The position numbers and the translations under genes were made by a program. Shown here in pieces: positions 35,026-43,816 of a stretch of DNA of 53,301 nt. This DNA is from Alphaproteobacteria bacterium. GTDB taxonomy: Bacteria; Pseudomonadota; Alphaproteobacteria; JALCBB01. Below the pieces are notes generated by a model that saw only the letters and a program-made list of their open reading frames with translations, was not told where the DNA came from and searched no databases. Location of the stretch: contig JALCBB010000001.1 in NCBI GenBank assembly GCA_028066985.1, positions 1 through 53,301 on the forward strand, written 5' to 3'. Position 1 is the first letter of the stretch. Each line of letters opens with the position of its first letter.

Positions 35026-36033
35026 CTATGTTAATTTTGCCAGATCAATTGCCGCGTATGTAAAAATTCCGTCAGCGCCCGCACGGCGCAGACAAAGAGC
35101 CGTCTCGTAAAGCGCGCGCTCCCACTCAAGCGCCCCCGCATCCGCGGCATACCGCAGCATCGCATACTCGCCGCTCACCTGATACGCAAATGTCGGAAGG
35201 CCAAAACCATCCTTGACGCCGCGAATGATGTCCAGATACGGCAAGCCAGGCTTCACCATCAGCATGTCCGCGCCCTCGCCGACATCAAGCGCAGCCTCCC
35301 GCATCGCCTCGCCATAATTCGCCGGGTTCATCTGATAAGTCCGCTTGTCGCCGCGCAAAGAACCCGACGACCCCACCGCGTCCCGAAAAGGTCCGTACAG
35401 ACAACTCGCAAACTTCGCCGCATACGACAAAATCTTCGTGTCAATAAATCCCGCGCCCTCAAGCGCCGAACGAATGACGCCGACCCTGCCGTCCATCATG
35501 TCGGACGGCGCGACAACATCCGCGCCCGCCAGCGCCAGCACAACCGCCTGCTCGGCAAGCAGCGCGTTCGTCTCGTCGTTAAGAATGACGCCCTCGTCGG
35601 ATACGAGTCCGTCGTGTCCGAGGCTGTTGTACGGGTCCAGCGCGACATCGCAGATGACGCCGATTTCGGGCGTGTTCTTTTTCAGCGCGGCGATTGTCCG
35701 GCAGACGAGATTTTCGGGATTGACGGCGAGGCGGCAGCCGGGGTCTTTGTCGGCGTCATCCACCCAGGGGAACAGCGCCACCGCCGATATTTCCAGCGCG
35801 GCGGCTTTTTCGGTCTGCGCGAGCGCTTCTTTCGGGGTGAGCCGTTTCACGCCGGGGAGAGATTTGATTTCCGCCGGCACGCTTTCATTTTCCCGCAGGA
35901 AGATCGGCAGGACGAGATTATGCGGCGAGAGCGTTGTTTCGCTCACGAGGCGCCGTATCCAGGGAGCGGAGCGAAGGCGGCGCATCCGAGTCGCGGGAAA
36001 GCGGGCTGTGCTAGGATTGCGGCTTGTTGTCAT
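35026..36033 (-). CDS. hemB: Porphobilinogen synthase (delta-aminolevulinic acid dehydratase)
   Basis: FPATRMRRLR N-terminal signature, VAPSDMMDGRV and MVKPGLPYLDI active-site regions. Start is ATG 36033 or TTG 36069. Confidence 0.93.
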   Translation of the reverse strand: MTTSRNPSTARFPATRMRRLRSAPWIRRLVSETTLSPHNLVLPIFLRENESVPAEIKSLPGVKRLTPKEALAQTEKAAALEISAVALFPWVDDADKDPGCRLAVNPENLVCRTIAALKKNTPEIGVICDVALDPYNSLGHDGLVSDEGVILNDETNALLAEQAVVLALAGADVVAPSDMMDGRVGVIRSALEGAGFIDTKILSYAAKFASCLYGPFRDAVGSSGSLRGDKRTYQMNPANYGEAMREAALDVGEGADMLMVKPGLPYLDIIRGVKDGFGLPTFAYQVSGEYAMLRYAADAGALEWERALYETALCLRRAGADGIFTYAAIDLAKLT

Positions 36034-36077
36034 TTTAAGGAGAGTGCCGTGCTTGAGGCTTGAGCGCAAGGGGCGAG

Positions 36078-36509
36078 ATGTCGGTCACGATTCACGAAGA
36101 GGACTTTGATCCGTGGGAGCGGCTGCGTTTGCTGTCGCGGCTCTGGGACGAGGGACGCGCGGGCGCGCTCGCGTCGTTCATCGGTGTCGCGCGCGCGGAC
36201 GAGGCTGACGGCGTGGCGGTTTCGGCGATTTTTCTGGAGCATTACGCGGGGATGACGGAGCGCGTTCTGGGCGAATTGGAGGACGAGGCGGCGCGTCGCT
36301 GGGGGTTGCTGGCGACATGTGTTGAGCATCGTGTCGGACGCGTTGATGTGGGTTGTCCGATAGTTCTGGTTGGTGTGTTGTCGGAGCGGCGGGGCGATGC
36401 TTTTGCGGCTTGTCGTTTTCTTGTGGAGGAGTTGAAGTCCCGCGCGCCGTTCTGGAAGTGCGAGGAGCGGACAGACGGCACCAGACACTGGGTTGAAGGC
36501 AATAATTAA
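36078..36509 (+). CDS. moaE: Molybdopterin synthase catalytic subunit MoaE
   Basis: 143 aa from ATG 36078, with FIGVAR, LEHYAGMTE and PFWKCE-type motifs. Confidence 0.85.
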   Translation: MSVTIHEEDFDPWERLRLLSRLWDEGRAGALASFIGVARADEADGVAVSAIFLEHYAGMTERVLGELEDEAARRWGLLATCVEHRVGRVDVGCPIVLVGVLSERRGDAFAACRFLVEELKSRAPFWKCEERTDGTRHWVEGNN

Positions 36510-36840
36510 AAGACAGACGAAGTGCCACATTCGGCATTAGTGGGCGTCTGACTAAGACAGTCACGATGTTTGCTCAAGCGAGCCGCACCCACTGATGCCC
36601 GCAGGCGCTGCCTGCAAAAAAATAAAATTAAAAAGAAATTAATTTATTTAATAGACACCATTAATTGTCTATTAATGAAAAGGCAATTGATTTAATTGAC
36701 CCCTTAAATAGTCAATAAATTATTATTTATTTTTTGCGGGCTAGCCCGCACCCGTCTGCTGGCATCGTTCGCTTGAGCCGACACCTTAAGAGTCTAAAAT
36801 TCTCGCCCACTAATGCCAGAAGCCGCACTTCGCCTGTCTC
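36510..36840. mobile_element. Composite mosaic palindromic element (archetype), between convergent moaE and ychF
   Basis: Terminal inverted repeats AAGACAGACGAAGTGCC... / ...GCACTTCGCCTGTCTC. GGCATTAGTGGG 36533-36544, CCCACTGATGCC 36588-36599, hairpin 36601-36615, AT core 36616-36735, hairpin GCGGGCTAGCCCGC 36736-36749, CCCACTAATGCC 36806-36817. TAATTAA on both flanks. Confidence 0.75.
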
Positions 36841-36848
36841 TTAATTAA

Positions 36849-36876
36849 TGCCAGAGGCGGTGCTTCGTTGTCTCTG
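36849..36876. repeat. Isolated element terminus fragment
   Basis: TGCCAGAGGCGGTGCTTCGTTGTCTCTG repeats the last ~28 nt of an arm, bracketed by TAATTAA (36842-36848) and TTAATTA (36877-36883). Confidence 0.6.
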
Positions 36877-36880
36877 TTAA

Positions 36881-37990
36881 TTAGACATTGAAGCGGAAGT
36901 TCATCACATCACCATCGCAAACAACATAATCACGCCCCTCATGTCTCAATAAACCACGCTCCCTCGCGCCAGCCTCGCCGCCACACTCCGCAAAGTCCGC
37001 AAACGAAACCGTCTCCGCCCGAATAAATCCGCGCTCCATATCACTGTGAATACACCCCGCCGCACCAGGAGCCAGCACACCGCCAACCACCGTCCACGCC
37101 CGCGTCTCCTTCGGACCCGTCGTGAAAAATGTTATCAGCCCAAGACGACCATAACCCTCCCGAACCAGTCGCTCCAGACCGGACGCCTCCAGACCCGCGT
37201 CGCTCAAAAACTCCCGACGCTCGTCCGCATCGCCTAAACAACTCACCTCCGACTCAAACGCCGCCGACAACATCACAAATCCAAAATCACACTCGCCAGC
37301 CCGCGACCTCACACCCTCCGAATACTCATTGCCGCTCACCACATCCCCCTCGCCGACATTCGCCACATATACACAGTCCTTCGCCGTCAGCAGATTCAAA
37401 CCGCGCCACGCCCCCAGAACCTCCGCCGACTCCGACTCGCCCGGCGCCGCCGTACGCGCCGCCCGTCCCGCCTCCAAAGCGCCGCGCGCCATATCAATCA
37501 CGCGCATCCGCAAAACCGCTTCCTCGTCTCCGCCGCGCACACGCTTCTCCAATCCCGACGCCTGACGCTCCAGCGACTCCAGGTCGGCCAGCATCAGTTC
37601 CGTCTCCACGAGTTCCGCGTCGCGCAGCGGATCCACCTCGCCCTCCGTATGACTCACCTCGCCGCCGAAACAACGCAAAACATGCAGTATCAAACCCGCC
37701 TCCCGCACCTGCCCCAGAAAACGATTGCCCAGCCCCTCGCCCGTGCTTGCGCCGCGCACGAGTCCGGCGATGTCGACGACCTCCAGGGTCGCCGGCGTCA
37801 CCTTTTCGGAGCGCGACATCTCCGCGAGCCGCGACAGCCGCGCGTCAGGCACCGCGACCCGTCCGAGGTTCGGATCAATCGTGCAGAACGCGAAGTTCGC
37901 CACACGCGCCTGCTCGCCGCTCACCAATGCATTAAATAATGTGGACTTCCCCACATTCGGCAAACCGACAATCCCGCACGAAAACCCCAT
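36881..37990 (-). CDS. ychF: Redox-regulated ribosome-binding ATPase YchF
   Basis: MGFSCGIVGLPNVGKSTLFNAL P-loop N-terminus and a C-terminal TGS-like domain. Confidence 0.97.
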   Translation of the reverse strand: MGFSCGIVGLPNVGKSTLFNALVSGEQARVANFAFCTIDPNLGRVAVPDARLSRLAEMSRSEKVTPATLEVVDIAGLVRGASTGEGLGNRFLGQVREAGLILHVLRCFGGEVSHTEGEVDPLRDAELVETELMLADLESLERQASGLEKRVRGGDEEAVLRMRVIDMARGALEAGRAARTAAPGESESAEVLGAWRGLNLLTAKDCVYVANVGEGDVVSGNEYSEGVRSRAGECDFGFVMLSAAFESEVSCLGDADERREFLSDAGLEASGLERLVREGYGRLGLITFFTTGPKETRAWTVVGGVLAPGAAGCIHSDMERGFIRAETVSFADFAECGGEAGARERGLLRHEGRDYVVCDGDVMNFRFNV

Positions 37991-38643
37991 CAGTCTGTCT
38001 CCTTCTTCGGCGCCTTACCTGTCACCGTCGCCGTCGCCGTCGCCCCGCCGCGCAGCGGACTCATCGCCACATCCATCGCGCTCAGAAAACGATTGTCGTT
38101 CTCCTCGTCATTCTTGACAAGATACGGAACATTCTCGGCTATCGCGTCCAGCAGAGGCGTCAGCATCTCGGCGCGCTCCGTCGCCGAAAACGACGACAGC
38201 ACATAGTCGCGCGCGTCGCCGCCGTCCCTGCCGATGCCGACGCGCAGGCGGCGGTAGTCCGCGCCCGTCACCGCCGTGATGGAGCGCAGTCCGTTGTGTC
38301 CGGCGTCGCCGCCGCCGGTTTTGACCTTGACGCGTCCGAGCGAGAGGTCAAGTTCGTCGTGAATCACGAGGATGCGCTCCGTCTTCAGCCGAAACTTCTC
38401 CGCCGCCGACTGCACCGCGCCGCCCGACAGATTCATATAGGTCAGCGGCTCAAGCAGAAACACCGCGACACCGCCGATCTCGCCGCGCGCGGCGCGCCAG
38501 CCTTTGCCGTCGCGCCACTCGGCGAAACCATGACGGCGCGCGACCGCCTCAACGACCATGAAGCCGACATTGTGTCTGTCCCAGCGATGTTGCGCGCCGG
38601 GATTGCCGAGGCCCGCCCAGAGTTGCGCGCTGCCGGCGCTCAC
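37990..38643 (-). CDS. pth: Peptidyl-tRNA hydrolase
   Basis: Refined GTG start 38643 (GTGA overlap with the rplY stop). LWAGLGNPG and RHNVGF motifs; TGATG overlap with the ychF start. Confidence 0.9.
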   Translation of the reverse strand: MSAGSAQLWAGLGNPGAQHRWDRHNVGFMVVEAVARRHGFAEWRDGKGWRAARGEIGGVAVFLLEPLTYMNLSGGAVQSAAEKFRLKTERILVIHDELDLSLGRVKVKTGGGDAGHNGLRSITAVTGADYRRLRVGIGRDGGDARDYVLSSFSATERAEMLTPLLDAIAENVPYLVKNDEENDNRFLSAMDVAMSPLRGGATATATVTGKAPKKETD

Positions 38644-39326
38644 TCGGCGGGGGCGGCGTCGCCCTCCTGGGGAGTTTCGGGCGTCTCGCCTTCGCCCTCG
38701 GCTTCGGCGGCGGCTTCGGCTTCTTCGGCTTCGGCGGCTTCCAGGGCTTCGGCGCGCAGGGCGGACGGCGCGGCGACGGTCGCTATCGTGAAGTTGCGCT
38801 CCAGCACCGGACGCACGCCCGCGGGCCACTGCGCCTTGTCGGCGTGGATTGACTCGCCGAGCATGAAGCCTTCAAGGTCAACGACGATTTCGCTCGGTAT
38901 CGCGGCGGCGCGGCAGTGGATTTCAATGCGGTGGCGCACGATGTTCAGCACGCCGCCTTCGCGGAGTCCCTGGCAGTTTTCTTCGTTGAGAAAGCGCACC
39001 GGCACCTGGACGCGCAGCCGCGTGCGCTCGTCAACGCGCTGGAAGTCTATGTGCTGCGCGCGTCCGTTGACGGGATGGTTCTGCACCGCGCGCGGCAGGG
39101 CGCGGACTTTCTCGTCGCCGACGGTGATTTCGTAGATGCGCGTGAGGAAGTCTTCGCTGTCCACTTCAAACATCAGTTCTTTTTTCGGAATGGCGATGGC
39201 GACCGCCTCCTTGTCGCCGCCGTAGAGGACGGCGGGCACGAAGTCGCGGCGGCGGTGCGCGCGCGCGCTGCCGGTGCCGGTGTTTTCGCGGGTGACGGCG
39301 CTGAGGGTGCGTTCTTCGGCGGTCAT
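38640..39326 (-). CDS. rplY: 50S ribosomal protein L25 / general stress protein Ctc
   Basis: RRDFVPAVLYGG N-terminal motif, acidic Ala/Glu-rich C-terminal tail, and the conserved prs-ctc-pth-ychF order. Confidence 0.9.
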   Translation of the reverse strand: MTAEERTLSAVTRENTGTGSARAHRRRDFVPAVLYGGDKEAVAIAIPKKELMFEVDSEDFLTRIYEITVGDEKVRALPRAVQNHPVNGRAQHIDFQRVDERTRLRVQVPVRFLNEENCQGLREGGVLNIVRHRIEIHCRAAAIPSEIVVDLEGFMLGESIHADKAQWPAGVRPVLERNFTIATVAAPSALRAEALEAAEAEEAEAAAEAEGEGETPETPQEGDAAPAE

Positions 39327-39343
39327 TTTCGGTCCTTTGTTTG

Positions 39344-40321
39344 TCAGGCTCGCCGGCGGAGCGGCAGTGTCGCGGCTGTCACGGGCGAGAGGTCAAAGAG
39401 CCGCGACACCGACTGTCCTTCGGAGATGCATCGGATGGACTCGCCGAGCAGGTGCGCCACGGACAGCGTTCTGATCTTATCACATTCCTGCGCGGCGGGC
39501 GACAGGGGGATCGTGTCGGTGACGACGATTTCTTCCAGCGACGAGCCGGCGATGCGCTGCACGGCTTCGCCTGAGAAGACGCCGTGCGTCACATACGCGT
39601 GGACGGCGCGCGCGCCTTCGCCGAGCAGGGCGTCGGCGGCGTTGCAGAGGGTGCCGGCGGAGTCGACGATGTCGTCTATGAGCAGGCAGGTTTTGTCGCG
39701 GACATCGCCGATCACATGCATTGAGGCGACGCTGCCGGGGGTGTCGCGGCGTTTATCAATGATGGCGAGGGGCGCCTTGAGGGCGTCGGCGATGATGCGC
39801 GCGCGGGAGACGCCTCCGACATCGGGCGAGACGCCGACGAGGGTTTCGGGGTTGAAGTTTTGTCTGATGTCGCTCATGAAGACGGGCGCGGCCTGGAGGT
39901 TGTCGGTGGGGATATCAAAGAAGCCCTGGATTTGTCCGGCGTGGAGGTCAATGGTGAGGACGCGATTCGCGCCGGCGACGGTGAGCAGGTTGGCGACGAG
40001 TTTCGCGGAGATGGGCGCGCGCGACTCGGATTTTCTGTCCTGTCGGGCGTAACCGAAGTATGGGAGTACGGCGGTGATGCGTTTTGCGGAGCCGCGTTTG
40101 AGGGCGTCAATGGCGATGAGGAGTTCGAGGAGGTTATCGTTGGCGGGGTTGCAGGTGGGCTGGATGATGAAGACGTCGTGTTCGCGGACATTTTCCAGGA
40201 TTTCGACGAAGATTTCGCCGTCAGCGAAGCGTCGCATGGAGGTTTGTGTCAGGAGCACTCCGAGGTGTCTGGCGATATTTTCGGCGAGGCTTGTGTTTGC
40301 GTTGCCGGAGAGGAGTCGCAT
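39344..40321 (-). CDS. prs: Ribose-phosphate pyrophosphokinase
   Basis: [22 protein letters not shown]-terminus, [10 protein letters not shown] and [16 protein letters not shown]-binding motifs. Confidence 0.97.
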   Translation of the reverse strand: MRLLSGNANTSLAENIARHLGVLLTQTSMRRFADGEIFVEILENVREHDVFIIQPTCNPANDNLLELLIAIDALKRGSAKRITAVLPYFGYARQDRKSESRAPISAKLVANLLTVAGANRVLTIDLHAGQIQGFFDIPTDNLQAAPVFMSDIRQNFNPETLVGVSPDVGGVSRARIIADALKAPLAIIDKRRDTPGSVASMHVIGDVRDKTCLLIDDIVDSAGTLCNAADALLGEGARAVHAYVTHGVFSGEAVQRIAGSSLEEIVVTDTIPLSPAAQECDKIRTLSVAHLLGESIRCISEGQSVSRLFDLSPVTAATLPLRRRA

Positions 40322-40414
40322 GGGGGTATTGTGGCTGGAGTGGGGGTTTTGTGGAGTTTAGGGGTGGATTTTGGCGAGGTCAAGTGCGACTTTCGGACAA
40401 TTTAGGGACAATTT

Positions 40415-40454
40415 AGAGACAGACGAAGAGCCGCCCTTGGCATTAGTGGGCGCC
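40415..40454. repeat. Isolated element terminus fragment
   Basis: AGAGACAGACGAAGAGCCGCCCTTGGCATTAGTGGGCGCC is the outer ~40 nt of an arm, followed by TTAATTAA (40456-40463) and then a full element. Confidence 0.6.
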
Positions 40455-40463
40455 TTTAATTAA

Positions 40464-40794
40464 GGGACAACGAAGCACGGCCTCTGGCATTAGTGGGAGA
40501 TTGACCAAGACATTCACAATAGTCGCTCAAGCGAGCGATGCCAGCAGATGGGTGCGGGCTAGCCCGCAAAAAAAATTAAAAATTAATTTTGACTATTAAT
40601 GGGGTCAATTAAATAAATTGTCTTTTCATTAATAGACAATTAATGGTGTCTATTAAATAAATTAATTTCTTTTTAATTTTATTTTTTTGCAGGCAGCGCC
40701 TGCGGGCATTAGTGGGCGCGGTTCGCTTGAGCGGCTGTTGTGAATGTCTTGGTCAAACTCCCACTAATGCCAAAGATCGCACTTCGTTTGTCTC
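40464..40794. mobile_element. Composite mosaic palindromic element (inverted relative to 36510-36840), between the prs start and the GNAT stop
   Basis: GGGACAACGAAG end, GGCATTAGTGGG 40486-40497, hairpin GCGGGCTAGCCCGC 40554-40567, AT core 40568-40688, hairpin GCAGGCAGCGCCTGC 40689-40703, CCCACTAATGCC 40760-40771, end CACTTCGTTTGTCTC. Confidence 0.75.
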
Positions 40795-40795
40795 T

Positions 40796-41521
40796 TTAAC
40801 TTAGTGTCGGGTCCCTTTTAAAGAGGATTTTCCCGGTAAGGGCGCTGAGAGAAACTTTTTGCACCCCGTCAGAATCGAAGTTGTCAGGGTCAAGGTATGT
40901 CTGAAAACATCCCTTAAGCCGAAGCCACTCCTTATCTATCGCGGCAAACCACGCAGTGTCCCTGTTCCTGCCCTTGTAGACAGTCGCCTGTCTGAAAATT
41001 CCCTCGTAAGAAAGTCCAAGCCTCTGCGCGGCGCGGCGAGACCTGAGATTGAGAGCGTCGCACTTCCACTCATACCTGCGATACCCGTTGTCAAAAGCCC
41101 ACTGCATCATCAGAAACATCGCCTCCGTCGCCGCGACCGTGTTCTGCAGCAAAGGCGAAAAATTAATGTGTCCGACCTCTATAGACCGATCACGCGGCTT
41201 GATCCGCAGATAACTCGCGACACCGCAAGCCTCGCCCGTGTCTCGCCGTGTAAGAGCGAAATAAACCGGATCACGAAGACCCTCAACACTCCTCAGCCAC
41301 GCAATGTAGGACTCAAGAGTGTCAAAAGGACCGTACGGCATATAAGTCCAGATGAGATTCTGCTCGTCTCTCCGATTCGCGGAGAAGAGTTGCGTCCCGT
41401 GCTTGTCGGCCGAGAGCGGAGAGACAGAGACATACCGCCCGCTCAAGGTGATGTTGTCGGGGGTCGGCGGCGTTTCGGTGTCCGCGACGGGTTCGCCGAT
41501 TTGGGGAGTGGAGGCGCTCAT
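40796..41521 (-). CDS. GNAT family N-acetyltransferase (RimJ/RimL-like)
   Basis: 241 aa from ATG 41521 (MSASTPQIG). Acetyltransf_3-like region IEVGHINFSPLLQNTVAATEAMFLMMQWAFDNGYRRYEWKCDALNLRSRRAAQRLG. The longer 501-aa track ORF is rejected. Confidence 0.85.
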   Translation of the reverse strand: MSASTPQIGEPVADTETPPTPDNITLSGRYVSVSPLSADKHGTQLFSANRRDEQNLIWTYMPYGPFDTLESYIAWLRSVEGLRDPVYFALTRRDTGEACGVASYLRIKPRDRSIEVGHINFSPLLQNTVAATEAMFLMMQWAFDNGYRRYEWKCDALNLRSRRAAQRLGLSYEGIFRQATVYKGRNRDTAWFAAIDKEWLRLKGCFQTYLDPDNFDSDGVQKVSLSALTGKILFKRDPTLS

Positions 41522-41620
41522 ATTGAAGGACTTAAGACTATGATGACCACGCTGATTCGGGAAGGGGGTCTCGGCGACGGGTTTATTGATAAACGGACGC
41601 GGAGGGTATAGTCTTATTAT

Positions 41621-42220
41621 ATGAGGGTTCATGAAATTTTCGAGCGCTCGCTTGGACATCAGGAGCGTTTTGGCGGCTTTTTCGTCTTCGGCGGACGCGC
41701 GCCGCGCTCCGAGTATTTGTCGGGGACGATCATTCTGTTTTTGTCCGGATTTTTGTTCAGTCTGCTGGTGCATGTGATTTACACGCGGTGCGGACGGCCT
41801 GTTTTCTGTTCTTATGTGTTGTCGCCGTTGTATGCGTTTAATGTGGCGCTGCTGGTGTTTCTGGTGCTGGCGATGCTGTGTCAGCGTATTCGTCGTTTTC
41901 ACGACTTCGGAGTTTCGGGGTTGTTCGCGATTTTGACGGCGCCGTTTGTGCCGTTTATTTTGTGGGCGTATTTCACCTGGCCGCAATTTTCTCATATTGA
42001 CGGACTGCTTCCTCATGCGCCTTCGTTTTACGAGACGCGTCTGGTGCGCGGGGTGTTGTTTCTGGTGCTTGGGGTGTTTGTGTTGTTGCCGTTTATTATG
42101 CCGGGGAATCGCCGCGGGGAGTATTATGATCTGGAGTGGCAGGCGCGGACGCATCGCCTTGATGTACTTGCGCGCGATCGCCGCACGCAGGAGCGCAGGA
42201 AGGTCCGCGGCAAAACTTGA
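41621..42220 (+). CDS. DUF805 domain-containing inner membrane protein
   Basis: GGRAPRSEY, RIRRFHDFGVSG and PGNRRGEYY resemble the DUF805 (YhaH-like) motifs; 4-5 TM helices. The GA of the TGA stop is the first two bases of the next element. Confidence 0.75.
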   Translation: MRVHEIFERSLGHQERFGGFFVFGGRAPRSEYLSGTIILFLSGFLFSLLVHVIYTRCGRPVFCSYVLSPLYAFNVALLVFLVLAMLCQRIRRFHDFGVSGLFAILTAPFVPFILWAYFTWPQFSHIDGLLPHAPSFYETRLVRGVLFLVLGVFVLLPFIMPGNRRGEYYDLEWQARTHRLDVLARDRRTQERRKVRGKT

Positions 42221-42551
42221 GACAGACGAAGAGCAGTCTGTGGCATTAGTGGGCGTGTGACTAAGACATTCACAACATCCGCTCAAGCGAACCGCGCCCA
42301 CTTAAGCCCGCAGGCGCTGCCTGCAAAAAAATAAAATTAAAAAGAAATTAATTTATTTAATAGACACCATTAATTGTCTATTAATGAAAAGACAATTTAT
42401 TTAATTGACCCCATTAATGGTCAAAATTAATTTTTAATTTTTTTTTGCGGGCTAGCCCGCACCCATCTGCTGGCATCGCTCGCTTGAGCCAACGCCTTAA
42501 AAGTCTGAAATTCTCGCCCGCTAATGCCATAGGCCGCCCTTCGTCTGTCCC
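42219..42551. mobile_element. Composite mosaic palindromic element, between DUF805 and aapJ
   Basis: GAGACAGACGAAG 42219-42231, GGCATTAGTGGG 42242-42253, hairpin 42310-42324, AT core 42325-42446, hairpin GCGGGCTAGCCCGC 42447-42460, CCCGCTAATGCC 42517-42528, end CCTTCGTCTGTCCC. Confidence 0.75.
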
Positions 42552-42747
42552 CTAATTATTAAAGCATCGGCCGGCACAGGGGCGAAAATGCCCCGAAAAC
42601 GCCCGAAAATCCCCCAAATTCAATGCTCCCCAAAGACTCGACAAACCCGCCAACTTCCAGTAAAAATTACCCCGCCGACAGAATCACCCCGTCGGCACAA
42701 GGCAGGACCCGAAATCCGCCAGAATCACAACCCACCAGGAGCCCAAC

Positions 42748-43767
42748 ATGCGTACCCTCACCCTGTCGCTCGCCATCGCCGCGATCGCTCTCATATCCAC
42801 CCCCCCGGCCAACGCCGCCACGCTCGATGATGTGCAGACTCGCGGCGTCCTGCGTTGCATCATCAACACCGGCCTCATCGGCTTCGCCTTCACCGACGAA
42901 AACGGCGACTGGCAGGGCTTTGATGTGGACTTCTGCCGCGCCACCGCCGCCGCCGTCCTCGACAACCCCGACGCCGTTGAGTTCATCAACGCCACCGGAA
43001 AGACGCGCTTCACGATGCTCAATTCCGGCGAGGGCGAGGTTCTGTATCGCAACACGACCATCACGATGAGTCGCGACACCGACCTCAAACTCACCTTCCT
43101 CGGCGTCAACTACTACGACGGACAGGGCTTCATCGTGCCGCGCGCGCTCGGCGTCAGCAGCGCGCATGAATTGGACGGCGCGTCTGTCTGCATTCAGACC
43201 GGCACGACGACCGAGTTGAACCTCGCCGACTTCTTCCGCTCCAACGGAATCAGTTACGAGCCGGTGCCGATCGAGACCAACGAGGAGGCGCGCGTCTCCT
43301 ACCTCGCCGGCCGCTGCGACGCCTACACGACCGACGCCTCCGGCCTCGCCGCGACCCGCGCCACCTTTGACGACCCCGGCGGACACATCATCCTCCCCGA
43401 GATCATCTCCAAGGAGCCGCTCGGTCCCGCCGTGCGCCAGGGCGACGACCAGTGGGCCGACATCGTGCGCTGGGTTCTCAACGCGCTCATTGAAGCCGAG
43501 GAATACGGCATCACCGCCGACAACACCGCGCTGCTTGCCAGCACGAGCGACAATCCGTCGGTGCTGCGCATCCTCGGCGAGGAGGGCAGTTACGGCGAGT
43601 TCATCGGCCTTGACAACCAGTGGGCGCGCCGCGCCATTGAGGCTGTCGGCAACTACGGCGAGATTTTTGATCGTCATCTGGGTCCGAGCACCGCGATTGG
43701 TCTTGAGCGCGGGCTGAACGCCCAGTGGACAGACGGCGGCCTGCTTTACGCGCCTCCTGTCCGGTAA
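42748..43767 (+). CDS. aapJ: General L-amino acid ABC transporter substrate-binding protein
   Basis: Signal peptide ending ANA-ATLDDV; family-3 SBP with N-terminus RGVLRCIINTGLIGFAFTDENGDWQGFDVDFCRA resembling AapJ/BztA; followed by two permeases and an ATPase. Confidence 0.85.
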   Translation: MRTLTLSLAIAAIALISTPPANAATLDDVQTRGVLRCIINTGLIGFAFTDENGDWQGFDVDFCRATAAAVLDNPDAVEFINATGKTRFTMLNSGEGEVLYRNTTITMSRDTDLKLTFLGVNYYDGQGFIVPRALGVSSAHELDGASVCIQTGTTTELNLADFFRSNGISYEPVPIETNEEARVSYLAGRCDAYTTDASGLAATRATFDDPGGHIILPEIISKEPLGPAVRQGDDQWADIVRWVLNALIEAEEYGITADNTALLASTSDNPSVLRILGEEGSYGEFIGLDNQWARRAIEAVGNYGEIFDRHLGPSTAIGLERGLNAQWTDGGLLYAPPVR

Positions 43768-43778
43768 GGTTTGTATTC

Positions 43779-43810
43779 GGGGCGGGACTGGTGTTCCGCC
43801 CCGTTTCCCT
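43779..43810 (+). terminator. Possible attenuating terminator after aapJ
   Basis: Stem GGGGCGGGA (43779-43787) / TCCGCCCC (43795-43802), followed by GTTTCCCTTT (weak T tract). Confidence 0.4.
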
Positions 43811-43816
43811 TTCGGA

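Noticed and set aside
36601-36625. Arm GC hairpins plus homopolymer run interpreted as canonical Rho-independent terminators
   Set aside because: For a transcript entering from the flanking gene, the hairpin is followed by an A run, not a U run. For a transcript coming from the core, the U run precedes the hairpin. Neither orientation fits the intrinsic terminator model, and a non-canonical 3' end role remains only a hypothesis. Genuine terminators in the window (21674-21714 and 53044-53073) look different.
40796-42301. Single 501-aa minus-strand ORF from the track
   Set aside because: Only the C-terminal 241 aa (from ATG 41521) look like a real GNAT acetyltransferase. The N-terminal 260 aa are low-complexity (K/R/Q/H/P), begin inside a repeat element and lie antisense to the DUF805 gene, which has family motifs.
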